From Octopus bimaculoides (Eukaryota): a stretch of 64,000 bases of DNA. Of the stretch, positions 13,338 to 24,617 are shown one piece after another. Both the position numbers and the translations under genes were made by a program. The stretch is from positions 11,873,484-11,937,483 of the forward strand of contig NC_068987.1 of the NCBI RefSeq assembly GCF_001194135.2, in the 5' to 3' direction. Numbering within the stretch: position 1 is the first letter of the stretch; each line of letters begins with the position of its first letter. A model generated the notes under the pieces. It did not search any database and had not been told where the DNA came from. It saw nothing but the letters and a program-made list of their open reading frames with translations.

Positions 13338-13550
13338 TGTCGTAATATATTCTTTTGGCGCAAAGCCAATAATTTCAGAGGAAAGAGATAAGTCGATTAC
13401 ATCGACCTCAGTGCACAGTTGGTACTTATTTTATCGACTCTGAAAGGACGAAGAGCAAAGTCGACCGTGGCGAAATTTGAACGTAGAATGTAAAATGGGA
13501 AGAAATACCGCTAAGCATTTCTGTCCAGCGTGCAAATGATTCTGCATACT
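13338..13550 (-). mobile_element. SINE family B
   Basis: Reverse complement of the core and head. Confidence 0.8.
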
Positions 13551-13674
13551 CGCTGCCTTTATGCTATATATAGGCGAAAAACGCAAAAAATTGCACTGAA
13601 ACTGGTATGTCGTCATGCCTAGCTTTGAAGACCAAAGTAACCAAAAGGCATGAACATTGGCTAAATTGTTAACA

Positions 13675-13878
13675 TTACTCTTTTACTCTTTTACTTGTTT
13701 CAGTCATTTGACTGCGGCCATGCTGGAGCACCACCTTTAGTCGAGCAAATCGACCCCAGGACTTATTCTTTGGAAGCCTAGTACTTATTCTGTCGTTCTC
13801 TTTTGCCAAACCGCTAAGTTACGGGGACGTAAACACACCAGCATCGGTTGTCAAGCGATGGTGAGGGGACAGACACAG

Positions 13879-13915
<37 letters not shown>

Positions 13916-14075
13916 CGACGGGCTTCTTTCAGTTTCCGTCTACCAAATCCACTCACAAGGCTTTGGTCGGCCCGAGGCTATAGTAGAAGACACTTGCCCA
14001 AGGTGCCACGCAGTGGGACTGAACCCAGAACCATGTGGTTGGTAAGCACGCTACTTACCACACAGCCACTCCTGC
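13675..14075 (-). mobile_element. SINE family A, full length
   Basis: Reverse complement of the 10121 copy with high identity. Confidence 0.9.
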
Positions 14076-14419
14076 TTAAAGGTTAATCAGGTGGTAGTCT
14101 TTAAGAAATTGATCGGGTCGCTCACGTTCGTAGCTATTATAACCTCATGAGGAAGTGAATGATTTTATAGTGAAATAATCAAATTTCAAAATAATTCCGG
14201 TTAATGCATTTAACTTGATGTTATGATTACACAACTACCTTCCCTCATATGGTATTGACGTATTAAGAAGCAGCAAGTTACGTTAGAAGCATCAAGTGCT
14301 ATTTGGAACATTTTACAAACATGACTGGCATTCTTATTTCAATAACAACGATACGAAAAATAGCTTCAGTTAACAGAAAGTTTGATTGTAATTTAATGCA
14401 AACATATGCGGCGATCTGA

Positions 14420-15040
14420 CAGAAACGTTAGCACGCCGGGCGAAATGGTTAGCGGGATTCCGTCTGTCTTTACGTTCTGAGTTCAAACGCCACCGAGGTC
14501 GACTTTGCCTTTCATCCTTTCGGAGTCGATTAAATAAGTACCAGTTACGCACTGGAGTCGATATAATAGACTTAATCCATTTGTCTGTCCTTGTTTCTCC
14601 CCTCTGTGTTTGGCCCCTTATGGGCAGTAAAGACATAAGAAACGTTAGCACGCCGGACGAAATGCTTAGCGGGATTCCGTATGTCTTTACGTTCTGAGTT
14701 CAAATTCCGCTGAACTCAATTTTGTCTTTCATCTTCTTTCGGGGTCGATAAATTAAGTACCAGTTGCGTACTGGGGTCGATCTAATCGACTGGCTCCTTA
14801 CCCCAAAATTTCGGGCCTTGTGCCTAGAGAAGAAAAGAATCGTTACCGAGCCGGACGAAATGCTTAGTGAGATTTCTTCCGGTTCTTTGCATTCTCAGTT
14901 CAAATTTCTTCTGGGGTAGACTTTGCCTTTCATCTTCTCGGAGATGATAAAATCAACACCAGCTGAACAATGGAATCGGTATAATCGATTAACCCTATTC
15001 CACCTCAAAATTTCAGGCCTTGAGCTTATAATAGAAACAT
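14420..15040 (+). mobile_element. Head-to-tail trimer of SINE family B monomers
   Basis: Monomers start at about 14420, 14640 and 14838. The first carries the Tx1-like tail; the others end in the ggccttgtgcc tail. Confidence 0.85.
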
Positions 15041-15457
15041 TCTAATCTAAATATTAGAAATTATTCAAGAAAACAAAAGAATAAATTTAATTTAAGGCGG
15101 TAGCCACAGTCAGATAACAGAAACAAATAGAAGAATTGATGTAGCAGGTGGTATTCTGAAAAATTTGTCGTTTGGCAGCATGATGTTTCGGTTATTCTGC
15201 AAGAGTAGCTTCTAAGCATTTTCGAGTTAGCGATTCCTTCTGCACACTTTCACCACATGAATTAAAAAAATATTTGTTACAACATTCTAAAGAACAGCAA
15301 TTAATTTCGCAATCTGTGGAAAATATAATTAATTCATTTTCCTATTCAAAATTGAAATATTTTTAAAACGGTGATCTAAGTTTTCCATCTGTGGTTTTCA
15401 TTTTCCTAATGAACATGTAATTCACTGTGAAGTATATAATTAATTATTATTAGAGGA

Positions 15458-15815
15458 AACGCTACGTTCTGAGTTCAAATTCTACCGGGGTCGACTTTGC
15501 CTTTCATACACTTTCGGGGTCGATAAATTAAGTACCAGTGAAACATTGGGGTCGATGTAATCGACTAGCCCCCATCCTTACAATTTCAGGCCTTGTGCCT
15601 ATAGTAGAAAGGATTATTAGGGAGAGGAAAAAGGTGGCGAGCTGGTAGGGTCGTCAGCAAATCAGACAAAATGCTTTGCGGCATTTCTTCCGGCTCCTTA
15701 TATTATAAGTTCAAATTCCACGGAGGTCGACTTTGTACCAATTGAGTATTGGGGTTCATGTAATCAACTAGCCCCATCCCCCACCCAAATTTCTGGCATT
15801 CTATCTATCGTAGAA
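15458..15815 (+). mobile_element. Two further family B copies in tandem
   Basis: About 15458-15618 and 15634-15815. Confidence 0.75.
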
Positions 15816-17298
15816 AGAACTCTGCGAGACAGGAAAAGGTGTATTTGTGTTGCCCCCCCACCACTGTGTAACAACCAGTGTTCATTTGCTTACGTCTCCG
15901 TAACTTATCGATTCAACAAGAGATCAACTGAATAAATTCCAAACTTAAAAAAATAAGCACTGGGATCGATCCGTTTGACTAAACCCTTTAAGGTTGTGCC
16001 CCAACATGGCGGTAGTCCAATGAGTGGAACAAGTGAACGATAAAAAAAAAATTGCAGCCACAAATGTTTCATTGGCATAAAATGTATTGCCAGTTCAACA
16101 TGAATTTTCAGATGCACCACTTAGACCCATCGCCACTGTTGTTTCCAGGGATCACTGGGAGTTCCGGCTCTTACAGCATACAAATCCCCATCCACCCGAC
16201 TCAACATAGGTCGATTAAACTTAGATGTGGGTCCGAGCTGATCTATGCTTCTCCTGATTCCACCGATTACATCTTTCCAATCAGAACCACGTAGAAGCTT
16301 TCACAGCAGTTAATCATTGCTGATTATTATAGCATTTATGCTGTTTCACATTAGCTTCGTACGATCAATATGATGGTACCATATTGTAACTGTCTCTGGA
16401 TTGATCTCCCACGTTAATTCAATTTCTATATTTCTGTTAAAACTTTTATTTTCTGGAAATTATCAGCTATTTTCTAATATGCTTGTCATCATGTTAATGG
16501 GATATTTTCGCACTAAAGTCAAACAAAGAATTATAAAAAATTGCACTAATGCTCATACTCAAAATACACAGAAGATACACAATATTTGTAAAAAACGATA
16601 TATGGAAAGTTCTGATTGTCAGTTAAGTTGATTCTGTTTTGGCTGAACTTCTAGTTAAACTCACAAAGCTTATACAGAAATTGATTCTCTTCTCTATATT
16701 TGCTCATTAACTTAAAGTAAATTGTTTATTAGATTCTTAGAAGAGAATATGTTAACTGCTGTCAAATCAAAAAAGTATGCGTTCGAAAAAAATATACTGT
16801 AGATATACACAGTGATCGAGTGCAAAGTGTTTTGATATGGAAGGATAATGATAAACTAAACAGTATCTTAGGAAATATATACGTTGGAAGGAGACGGTGA
16901 GGAGGAAGGATGAAGTGTTGATAGTGCTGCATTGGTTAGAATGATAAAGTGAAGTGTAGATGGTGAGATGGTGAAACAGATAGAGAATAAGAATGCTTCC
17001 GATACACAAATACATTAACCCAAGCATGGAAAGAAAGAAATATAACATAATATATATATATGCGTAAAAAGGAAGACAAATACAAGTAGGCTTGATAAGC
17101 ATATTTACATGAAATACAAATAAACAAAAGGAATTATGTAATTGTCTTATCTTGACAGCTGTTCCAGGTGAAACTATGGGTTATGCCAAAACAATGTCTA
17201 TTACGTAATAAAGAGCTGTAATATCGTAGGTGTATGGAATAACACGAATTTTTATAGATCCATGAAGTTATGTTATCCGTTACACTCACCAGAAGACG

Positions 17299-17339
<41 letters not shown>

Positions 17340-17341
<2 letters not shown>

Positions 17342-17596
17342 CTCTCTTTTACTCTTTTACTTGTTTCAGTCATTTGACTGTGACCATGCTGGGGCACCGC
17401 CTTTAGTCGAGCAAATCGATCCAAGGACTTATTCTTTGTAAGCCTAGTACTTATTCTATCGGTCTTTTAGCCGAACCGTTAAGTTACGGGGACGTAAACA
17501 CACCAGCATCAGTTGTCAAGCAATGCTGGGAGGACAAACACAGACACACAAACATATATACACACATACATATATATATATATACATATATACGAC
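17340..17596 (-). mobile_element. SINE family A, 3' half (rest in gap or absent)
   Basis: Reverse complement of the tail and 3' half, ending at an N-gap. Confidence 0.85.
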
Positions 17597-17821
17597 NNNN
17601 NNNNNNNNNNNNNNNNNNNNNNNNNNNNNNNNNNNNNNNNNNNNNNNNNNNNNNNNNNNNNNNNNNNNNNNNNNNNNNNNNNNNNNNNNNNNNNNNNNNN
17701 NNNNNNNNNNNNNNNNNNNNNNNNNNNNNNNNNNNNNNNNNNNNNNNNNNNNNNNNNNNNNNNNNNNNNNNNNNNNNNNNNNNNNNNNNNNNNATATATA
17801 TCGTCAATGTATTATATATCC

Positions 17822-17861
<40 letters not shown>

Positions 17862-18180
17862 GTATATGTAAAGAGAGGGATGGGGAGAGAAAAATAGGTA
17901 GATATAGATATAATTGACGTCACAACAATTTTATGAACTCTCTCGAGAACGTGAAATAATTCTTTTTTTTTTGCAGCATAGGACCTCGAAGCACAGATAA
18001 AGCCTTAAATAACAGCATGTAAATATTGGGTTCAGGAACCCTTTTGGATAGATAAAGTCAAAGGCTTCCCGGGCAGCTTTATGTAGTATGCTTCGAGATC
18101 CAGTGATCCAAAAAAGAATTACACACATACACGCACACAGAGTTTTGGTTGGGACAATACAGCAAGGCAGGAGGAATAAA

Positions 18181-18427
18181 GGTAAAGGTAAACTTTCCTT
18201 CTCGAGTCATACCGAGAAGGGGCGGTTTCTTGGTTTCTGCGACGTATATATTTCCCACCTGGACGCCGGTCTGTCGCAGGATTGCTCGTTTTGCCAGCTG
18301 AGTGGACTGGAGCAACGTGAAATGAAGCGTTTTACTCAAGAACACAACGCGTCAGCCGGTTCAAGAATCGAAACCACAATCTTACGATCATGAGTCCAAC
18401 ATCTAAACCCCTAAGCCACGCACTTCC
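18181..18427 (-). mobile_element. SINE family C
   Basis: Reverse complement of the head ggaagtgcgtggcttag...; contains ctgcgacagaccggcgtcc (V-domain-like). Confidence 0.8.
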
Positions 18428-18428
18428 G

Positions 18429-18773
18429 CAGGCCAAGTGGTTAGTGCAGCGGACTCGTGGTCGCAGGATCACGGTTTCAATTCTCAGACCGGGCGTTGTA
18501 AGTGTTCATTGAGCGAAAATACCTAATGCTCCACGAGGCTCCGGCAGTGGGTGGTGGTGAACCCTGCTGTACTCTTTCACCATAATTTTCTCTCACTCTT
18601 TCTTCCTCTTTCTGTTGTACCTGTATTTCAAAAGGCCAGCCTTGTCACACTCTGTGTCATGCTGAATCTCCCCGAGAGGAGTGCTCAGTCACTTGCACGT
18701 TAATTTCACGGGCAGGCTGTTCCGTTGATCCGATCAACTGGAAGCCTCGTTGTCGTAACCGACGGAGTGCCAC
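18429..18773 (+). mobile_element. SINE family D (tRNA head, long body, tail gtcgtaaccgacggagtgcca)
   Basis: Related copies at 22535-22726 (minus) and 27016-27320 (plus, 5' part in gap). Confidence 0.8.
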
Positions 18774-18803
18774 GTTATCAGTCACGTTTCAAGAGAATAA
18801 GAA

Positions 18804-19131
18804 TATAATTATAAGTAAAACCAAGGTTTAATTCCGTGAGGTTAGTAAACAGATGTACAGAGTTTTAGAATTTCAAACGCAGAATTATATAATTATAAGT
18901 AAAATCATATAATTATATAATTGTATAATATTATATGATTATATAAAATTATATAATTATAAGTAAAATCAAGGTTTCTTTTATATAATTATATAATTAT
19001 AAGTAAAATCAAGGTTCTTATATAATTATATAAAATTATATAATTATAAGTATAATTATAAATAAAATCAAGGTTTCATTCCCTGAGATTAATATACAGA
19101 TGTACAGAGTTTTAGAATTTGAAACGCGGAA
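18804..19131. repeat. About 80-bp direct repeat flanking an expanded tataattataagtaaaatcaaggtt array
   Basis: Copies at 18804-18884 and 19051-19131 share cagatgtacagagttttagaattt.aaacgc.gaa. Confidence 0.85.
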
Positions 19132-19897
19132 GCAAATACGTAAGGCTTATTTTTTCTACTGAAGTCGACTCGTCGAGGTCAGTTTGGATTTCAGCTGATA
19201 AAATAAAGCACTAGCCAAATACTGGTGTCGTTGGTATTGGATAACTCCTCCCCTCATAATTGCTGGCCTTGTACCAAAATCAGAAATCAGCGTTTCAAAA
19301 GAGGTATTTTGAATATAAACGAGTGTCCATGTAAAAAATTGAGTCGCAAGTCCACTTCGTTATATCGAAATATATGTTTTAGATTTCATACTTATTACAC
19401 CTAAAAGTCTTAACTTATATTAGATTCTATACCTGAACTTTTGATCGTTGTCACAAATATAAACTTGTTTAACGCAGATATTTTAATGATTGTTCTTGAA
19501 TATTTTAGGTCTCATATATATATTTGTATATATATATANNNNNNNNNNNNNNNNNNNNNNNNNNNNNNNNNNNNNNNNNNNNNNNNNNNNNNNNNNNNNN
19601 NNNNNNNNNNNNNNNNNNNNNNNNNNNNNNNNNNNNNNNNNNNNNNNNNNNNNNNNNNNNNNNNNNNNNNNNNNNNNNNNNNNNNNNNNNNNNNNNNNNN
19701 NNNNNNNNNNNNNNNNNNNNNNAATGGCAAAGTAACCTCCAAATTTTTCCCTATGAAAATGTAGAAATATGCTACTCTACTTAAAATATCGCACGATCTT
19801 CAATTTAATGTTCGACAGTTTTATATATAATTATACATCATCACACATACACACTCACATATATAGATATATGCTTCACATCTTCTGAGTGTATAAC

Positions 19898-19946
<49 letters not shown>

Positions 19947-20397
19947 CTCTGTGTGTCTGTGTGAATACACACACGTACGCTATTTTTATGGTAGACTAAA
20001 ACTATTTAAGACCCTAGTAAGCAATCCTTTCAACGACCTCTAATTCATACGATATCTACAACCAATAAAGAAGAAATAGTACTATCTTTAGAATGCGAAA
20101 CAAATCAAACAGGACAGTAACAATGTAGAAAGACATTAACGAGACAGTGAAAGCGCATTCTTATATAACCGAGAAATTTTTCTCATCAGCTGCCGATCCG
20201 ATAACGTCAGGATTTCGACACTTTATGGTACATCATAATTTTCGATGGTGTCAAAAAACATTAAACGTGTATATATATATATATATATATACTGAGGGTG
20301 ATAAATTGAATATTAATTTAATTAACGTCAATTTAAAACCAGTGGCCTAGCATATAAAAAAATCTGAAAATTCAGAAAAATTGTATTACATGCGTAT

Positions 20398-20593
20398 AGG
20401 GATGACCACAAAGTGGACATCCGATATGATAGAAAGAGGTCATCAACGACCCAACCACAGAGAAAAGAAAAATAATGTTCTCCAAACACCTGTGTTTGCT
20501 GAATTTTTTTCTGGAGAACATTACTTTTCTTTGTGGTTGGGTCGTTGATGACCTCTTTCTAGCATATCGGATGTCCACTTAGTGTTCATCCCT
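20398..20593. mobile_element. Long foldback element, probably a Tc1/mariner-type MITE with about 82-bp TIRs
   Basis: Arms 20398-20484 and 20512-20593 pair at 78/82 positions plus a 5-nt bulge, with a 27-nt loop. The terminus ta-tagggatgaccacaaagt resembles the TIR of the 30041 MITE. Confidence 0.55.
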
Positions 20594-20899
20594 TCTTATA
20601 CGTATATACATAGATATATATGTATGTATGCGTGTATGTTTAGAACTGCAAGCGTTTTATAAGCATACACGTTACTTTATATGATATATTGCACCTGGTG
20701 AACAATAACCTCTTTGGTGAAAGACTACCAGCGCCTCAATCATTGGTTTGTTGGTCTGTTGCATTTTTGAAGGAAAAGTTATAAAAGCGTGCCTGAAAAA
20801 TCGTTGCCGAATAAGTATCCTCATGGCGTATTTTGAAAGCATTAACGCTTTCGGAACTATCGATGATATTTATATCTTTTATACACAAAACCACATGTG

Positions 20900-20930
20900 C
20901 GCACGCACGTACAAGCATGCACACGCACGC

Positions 20931-21027
<97 letters not shown>

Positions 21028-21270
21028 TACACACATTCTCTAACACATACATACACACAGTCTCTCTCTCTCTTACACACATACACATTCTCTAACACAC
21101 ACACACACATTTTCTAACACACACATACACACATACACACACACACATGCATACATACACACTCATACATACGCACATCCATACGTACGTACATATATAC
21201 ATTCATACATACATACACACATACGCACATACGCACATACATACATACATACATACATACATACATACAT
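20900..21270. repeat. (CA)n / (TACA)n compound microsatellite
   Basis: Directly visible; hosts the R4-like insertions downstream. Confidence 0.95.
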
Positions 21271-21285
21271 GCATGCATGTGTTAA

Positions 21286-21371
21286 CTACATCCCAAAGAT
21301 GGAGCCTTGTATCTTTGCTGGAAACTGGCTTCCTCCTCAATGGAAGATTTATAATAATCAAAAATAGAAGA
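21286..21371 (+). mobile_element. Isolated 3'-terminal 86 bp of the same R4/Dong-like family
   Basis: Ungapped match to 22086-22171, 67/86 identical by hand count. It also ends ...agaaga followed by tacatacatac. Confidence 0.75.
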
Positions 21372-21410
21372 TACATACATACATACATACATACGTACAT
21401 ACAAACATGC

Positions 21411-22171
21411 GTGATTGCTATTAAATACCTAATAAACTAAAGAGACAAGGAAGCTCTTGGAGTTCCTAGATGTCACTGTAAATATAGATTATGTCATATT
21501 TCTGTGGAAGACATCACACATTTGATTAGCAGCTGCCTAAAAATGTCATCTACCGCTCTATGCAACATGACGTTGTCGCAAAAACAATATACAATGCCTT
21601 TCGGAAAAAAAAAAGATTGTCCTGGAATTAATATAGAGAATCCCGCTGTTATTGGATACAAATACAAGTATCAGAACAAGAAATACTGGTGGGACATCCT
21701 CGTTAAAACATCTGTCAAATGTAAACATAACAAGTCGGAGATTGTTGTTTGGAAGAGACGAGAAAAAGTATGTGCCGCCAAAGAAGTCGGCTGTTCTGTT
21801 GATGTGAATATCTCTTTGAAAATGAGAGAGAAAGTAGATAACTATGGACAACTGCTGAGAAAACTCCTTCTTCTATATCCGGGTTACAATTTTACATTTC
21901 TACCAAAAATAATTGGAGCACTTGGTCTTGTAAGTAAATGTCTAACTGTAACTCTGGGTAAGTTTGGATTTTCAAAAACAGAAATCAACCAACTGATTCG
22001 CACATTACATATCCAATCTGTAAGGGAAACAGTAAAACTATGAAGACTTCTTCTCAGGTTTAAACTGTAACATTGTTTTCATTATCTACATTTCAAAGAT
22101 GGAACTTTGTATCTTTGTTAGAAACCAGCTCCTTACTCAGAGGAAGAATTTAAATGATTAAAAACAGAAGA
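21411..22171 (+). mobile_element. 5'-truncated R4/Dong-clade non-LTR retrotransposon (zinc knuckle + restriction-like endonuclease + 3' UTR)
   Basis: One frame reads VIAIKYLIN*RDKEALGVPRCHCKYRLCHISVEDITHLISSC...YWWDILVKT..HNKSEIVVW..EVGCSVD.N..K..EK..Y..L...PKIIGALG. This matches the CCHC and PD-(D/E)xK-like C-terminus of R4-type elements. It is flanked by (TACA)n on both sides. Confidence 0.85.
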
Positions 22172-22866
22172 TACATACATACAAACCAAAACATACATAC
22201 ATACATGTGTGTGTGTGTGAAGAACACTTAATCCGTTTGTCTGTCCTCTCTGTGTGTAGCCCCTTGTGGGCAGTAAAGAAATAAGAAACGTTAACACGCC
22301 GGGCGAAATGCTTAGCGGTATTTCGTTTGTCTTTACGTTCTGAGTTCAAATTCCGCCGACTTTGCCTTTTATTTCTTTCAGGGTCGATAAATTAAGTACC
22401 GGTTGCGTACTGGTCTCGATCTAATCNNNNNNNNNNNNNNNNNNNNNNNNNNNNNNNNNNNNNNNNNNNNNNNNNNNNNNNNNNNNNNNNNNNNNNNNNT
22501 ATATGTTTGTGCCAGTCCATCGCAGCGTCACTCAACAAACAGGAAGAAAGAGTGAGAGAAAGTTGGGGCGAAAGAGTACAACAGGAGTCGCCACCACCCA
22601 CTGCCGGAGCCTCGTGGAGCTTTTAAGTGTTTTCGCTCAAATAAACACACACAACGCCTGGTCTGGGAATCGAAACCGTGATCCTCCGACCACAAGACCC
22701 ATAACCACTGGGCCATTGCGCCTCTACACGTGAATTTATAGAAAAATAAAGATAAAATGGTAGGAAACAAATTATTTATAGTAAAACATTTAACAACAGC
22801 AGAGCATGTTAGGGAAACAGAATTACACAAACAGAGTGCAGTGCAAAATATATAAAAATTACTTAC

Positions 22867-22985
22867 AGTCTATATCCCGGTAAGTATAATGCATCCACGT
22901 TACTGACGGATGTATAGACAAGTATCAGAATGACTAGTCCGCATGTCCACATCGAGAATGGTGAAGAAGCTTGATGTTTTGACAT
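22867..22985 (-). CDS. Putative first coding exon (exon 22867-23011) encoding a signal peptide
   Basis: Acceptor gtttcgcttcttcattctAG|A (exon starts 23011), ATG at 22985, donor ACT|GTAAGT (22866-22861). Translation MSKHQASSPFSMWTCGLVILILVYTSVSNVDALYLPGYR(ct): hydrophobic core plus a V-D-A| cleavage motif. It ends in phase 2, matching the 4129 exon. Confidence 0.65.
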
Positions 22986-23185
22986 AGCACGTGGGTACAC
23001 TGAAGTGGAATCTAGAATGAAGAAGCGAAACTACGGTTATCCACGAAGTCGAAACTATTGTCCATATTTCAAGAGAATTGGAAATAATTATAATTTCAAA
23101 TGATTTGCACAAGCAATGAAAATAGTCTTGGCCTGAAATCGTTTTGTCGGTCATTCGTCTATTACACACACACACATGACACATG

Positions 23186-23221
<36 letters not shown>

Positions 23222-23234
23222 CACAATAAATACA

Positions 23235-23286
<52 letters not shown>

Positions 23287-23307
23287 CATAGATATGTATA
23301 TATATGT

Positions 23308-23592
23308 GTAAGTGGATTTGGTAGATGGAAACTGAAAGAAGCCCATCGTATATATGTATATATATATATATGTATGTATGTGTGTGCATATGTTGTATAT
23401 CTGTGTTTGTCCCCCCAACATCGCTTGACAACCGATGCTGGTGTGTTTACGTCCCCGTAATCTAGCGGTTCGGCAAAAGAGAGTGATAAAATAAGTACTG
23501 GGCTTACAAAGAATAAGTCCTGGGGTCAATTTGATTCGACTAAAGGCGGTGCTCCAGCATGGCCGCAGTCAAATGATTGAAACAAGTAAAAG
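23308..23592 (+). mobile_element. SINE family A, 5'-truncated
   Basis: Starts at gtggatttggtagatggaaactg; complete 3' half. Confidence 0.85.
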
Positions 23593-24617
23593 TGTAGATA
23601 TTATTTACTTTTATCTATTACTATAGCAATCCAATTTTAGTGTCATATATTTCGAAAGAGCATTATAATACTTTGTTCAATCGTTTCTGTCTTGGTACCA
23701 GACACATTTCAAGTCCAGAGTGGATGTACTTGAGTAATGAACAGCAAGGAAAGTATAAACTTTGTCCACAATATGTTTGTTAATGGCCTCAACTTTTATG
23801 TCGCTAACTTCGACTGATCCAAGATACAAAGAAATCAAATAACAGTTTTCTTACGTGACATTATAATGGATTTTGGTCAGCAAAAAGACACGTATTTTCT
23901 AGTGAATTGGAAGACTACAGAAGTCAATAGAAAAAGCTCGCTGCCAACGTAATTTCTGTTATTTTCCAGTTACAAATAAGTACATAAAGACTCTGGAAGC
24001 GATGAAGCTGTATTCTACGACTGCATGATGAATTAAACCAAAACTAACTAAATACAAGCATTAATAGCAGCACATTTTCGTACTTGTTTCATCACTTCGA
24101 TATCATGAACGCACAATTAATCTAGCACACACACACACACACACACACACAAAGATAACGGTGGGAGAGTTTTGAAATCATTGTTGATAGCTTTTAATGG
24201 TTTCACCCACTGGAAAGCCGATATAGAGTAAATCTAAAGAGCAGCTCATGAATCACATATGCTGTTAGTGAAGAAGAGTCATGTGAGGGGGAAGTTAAAG
24301 TTTTACATCTTCGAAGACTATCCATTGAATATTATATGTACAGACGTATAAAAAGCATAACTGTTTACAACGTTGCTTGACCTGTAAAGTATATAACAAC
24401 ATGACTGATACAAAAGGCGGGTATTTTTCATATATGGATGCAGGCATGGGGGTGTAATTAGGAAGCTCACTTTGAAACCACGTACTTTAAGATCACGTAC
24501 AATCCTGCGGTATCTTCGGCACGTATCTTCTTCTATAGCCCCGGGCCAACCAATGCTTTGAGAAAGAATTTCGAAGATGGAAAATGAGTGGAAACCCGTC
24601 GTATATATATATATACA

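Noticed and set aside
20695-20792. Minus-strand phase 2-1 exon candidate HAFITFPSKMQQTNKPMIEALVVFHQRGYCSP
   Set aside because: Good acceptor but weak donor. It would need another compensating exon and would add an unpaired Cys to the peptide model.
23015-23080. Hammerhead-like motif (atgaagaag...gaaactattgtc) on the plus strand
   Set aside because: C3 is missing, stems I and II do not pair, and the sequence is better explained as the polypyrimidine tract of the minus-strand acceptor.
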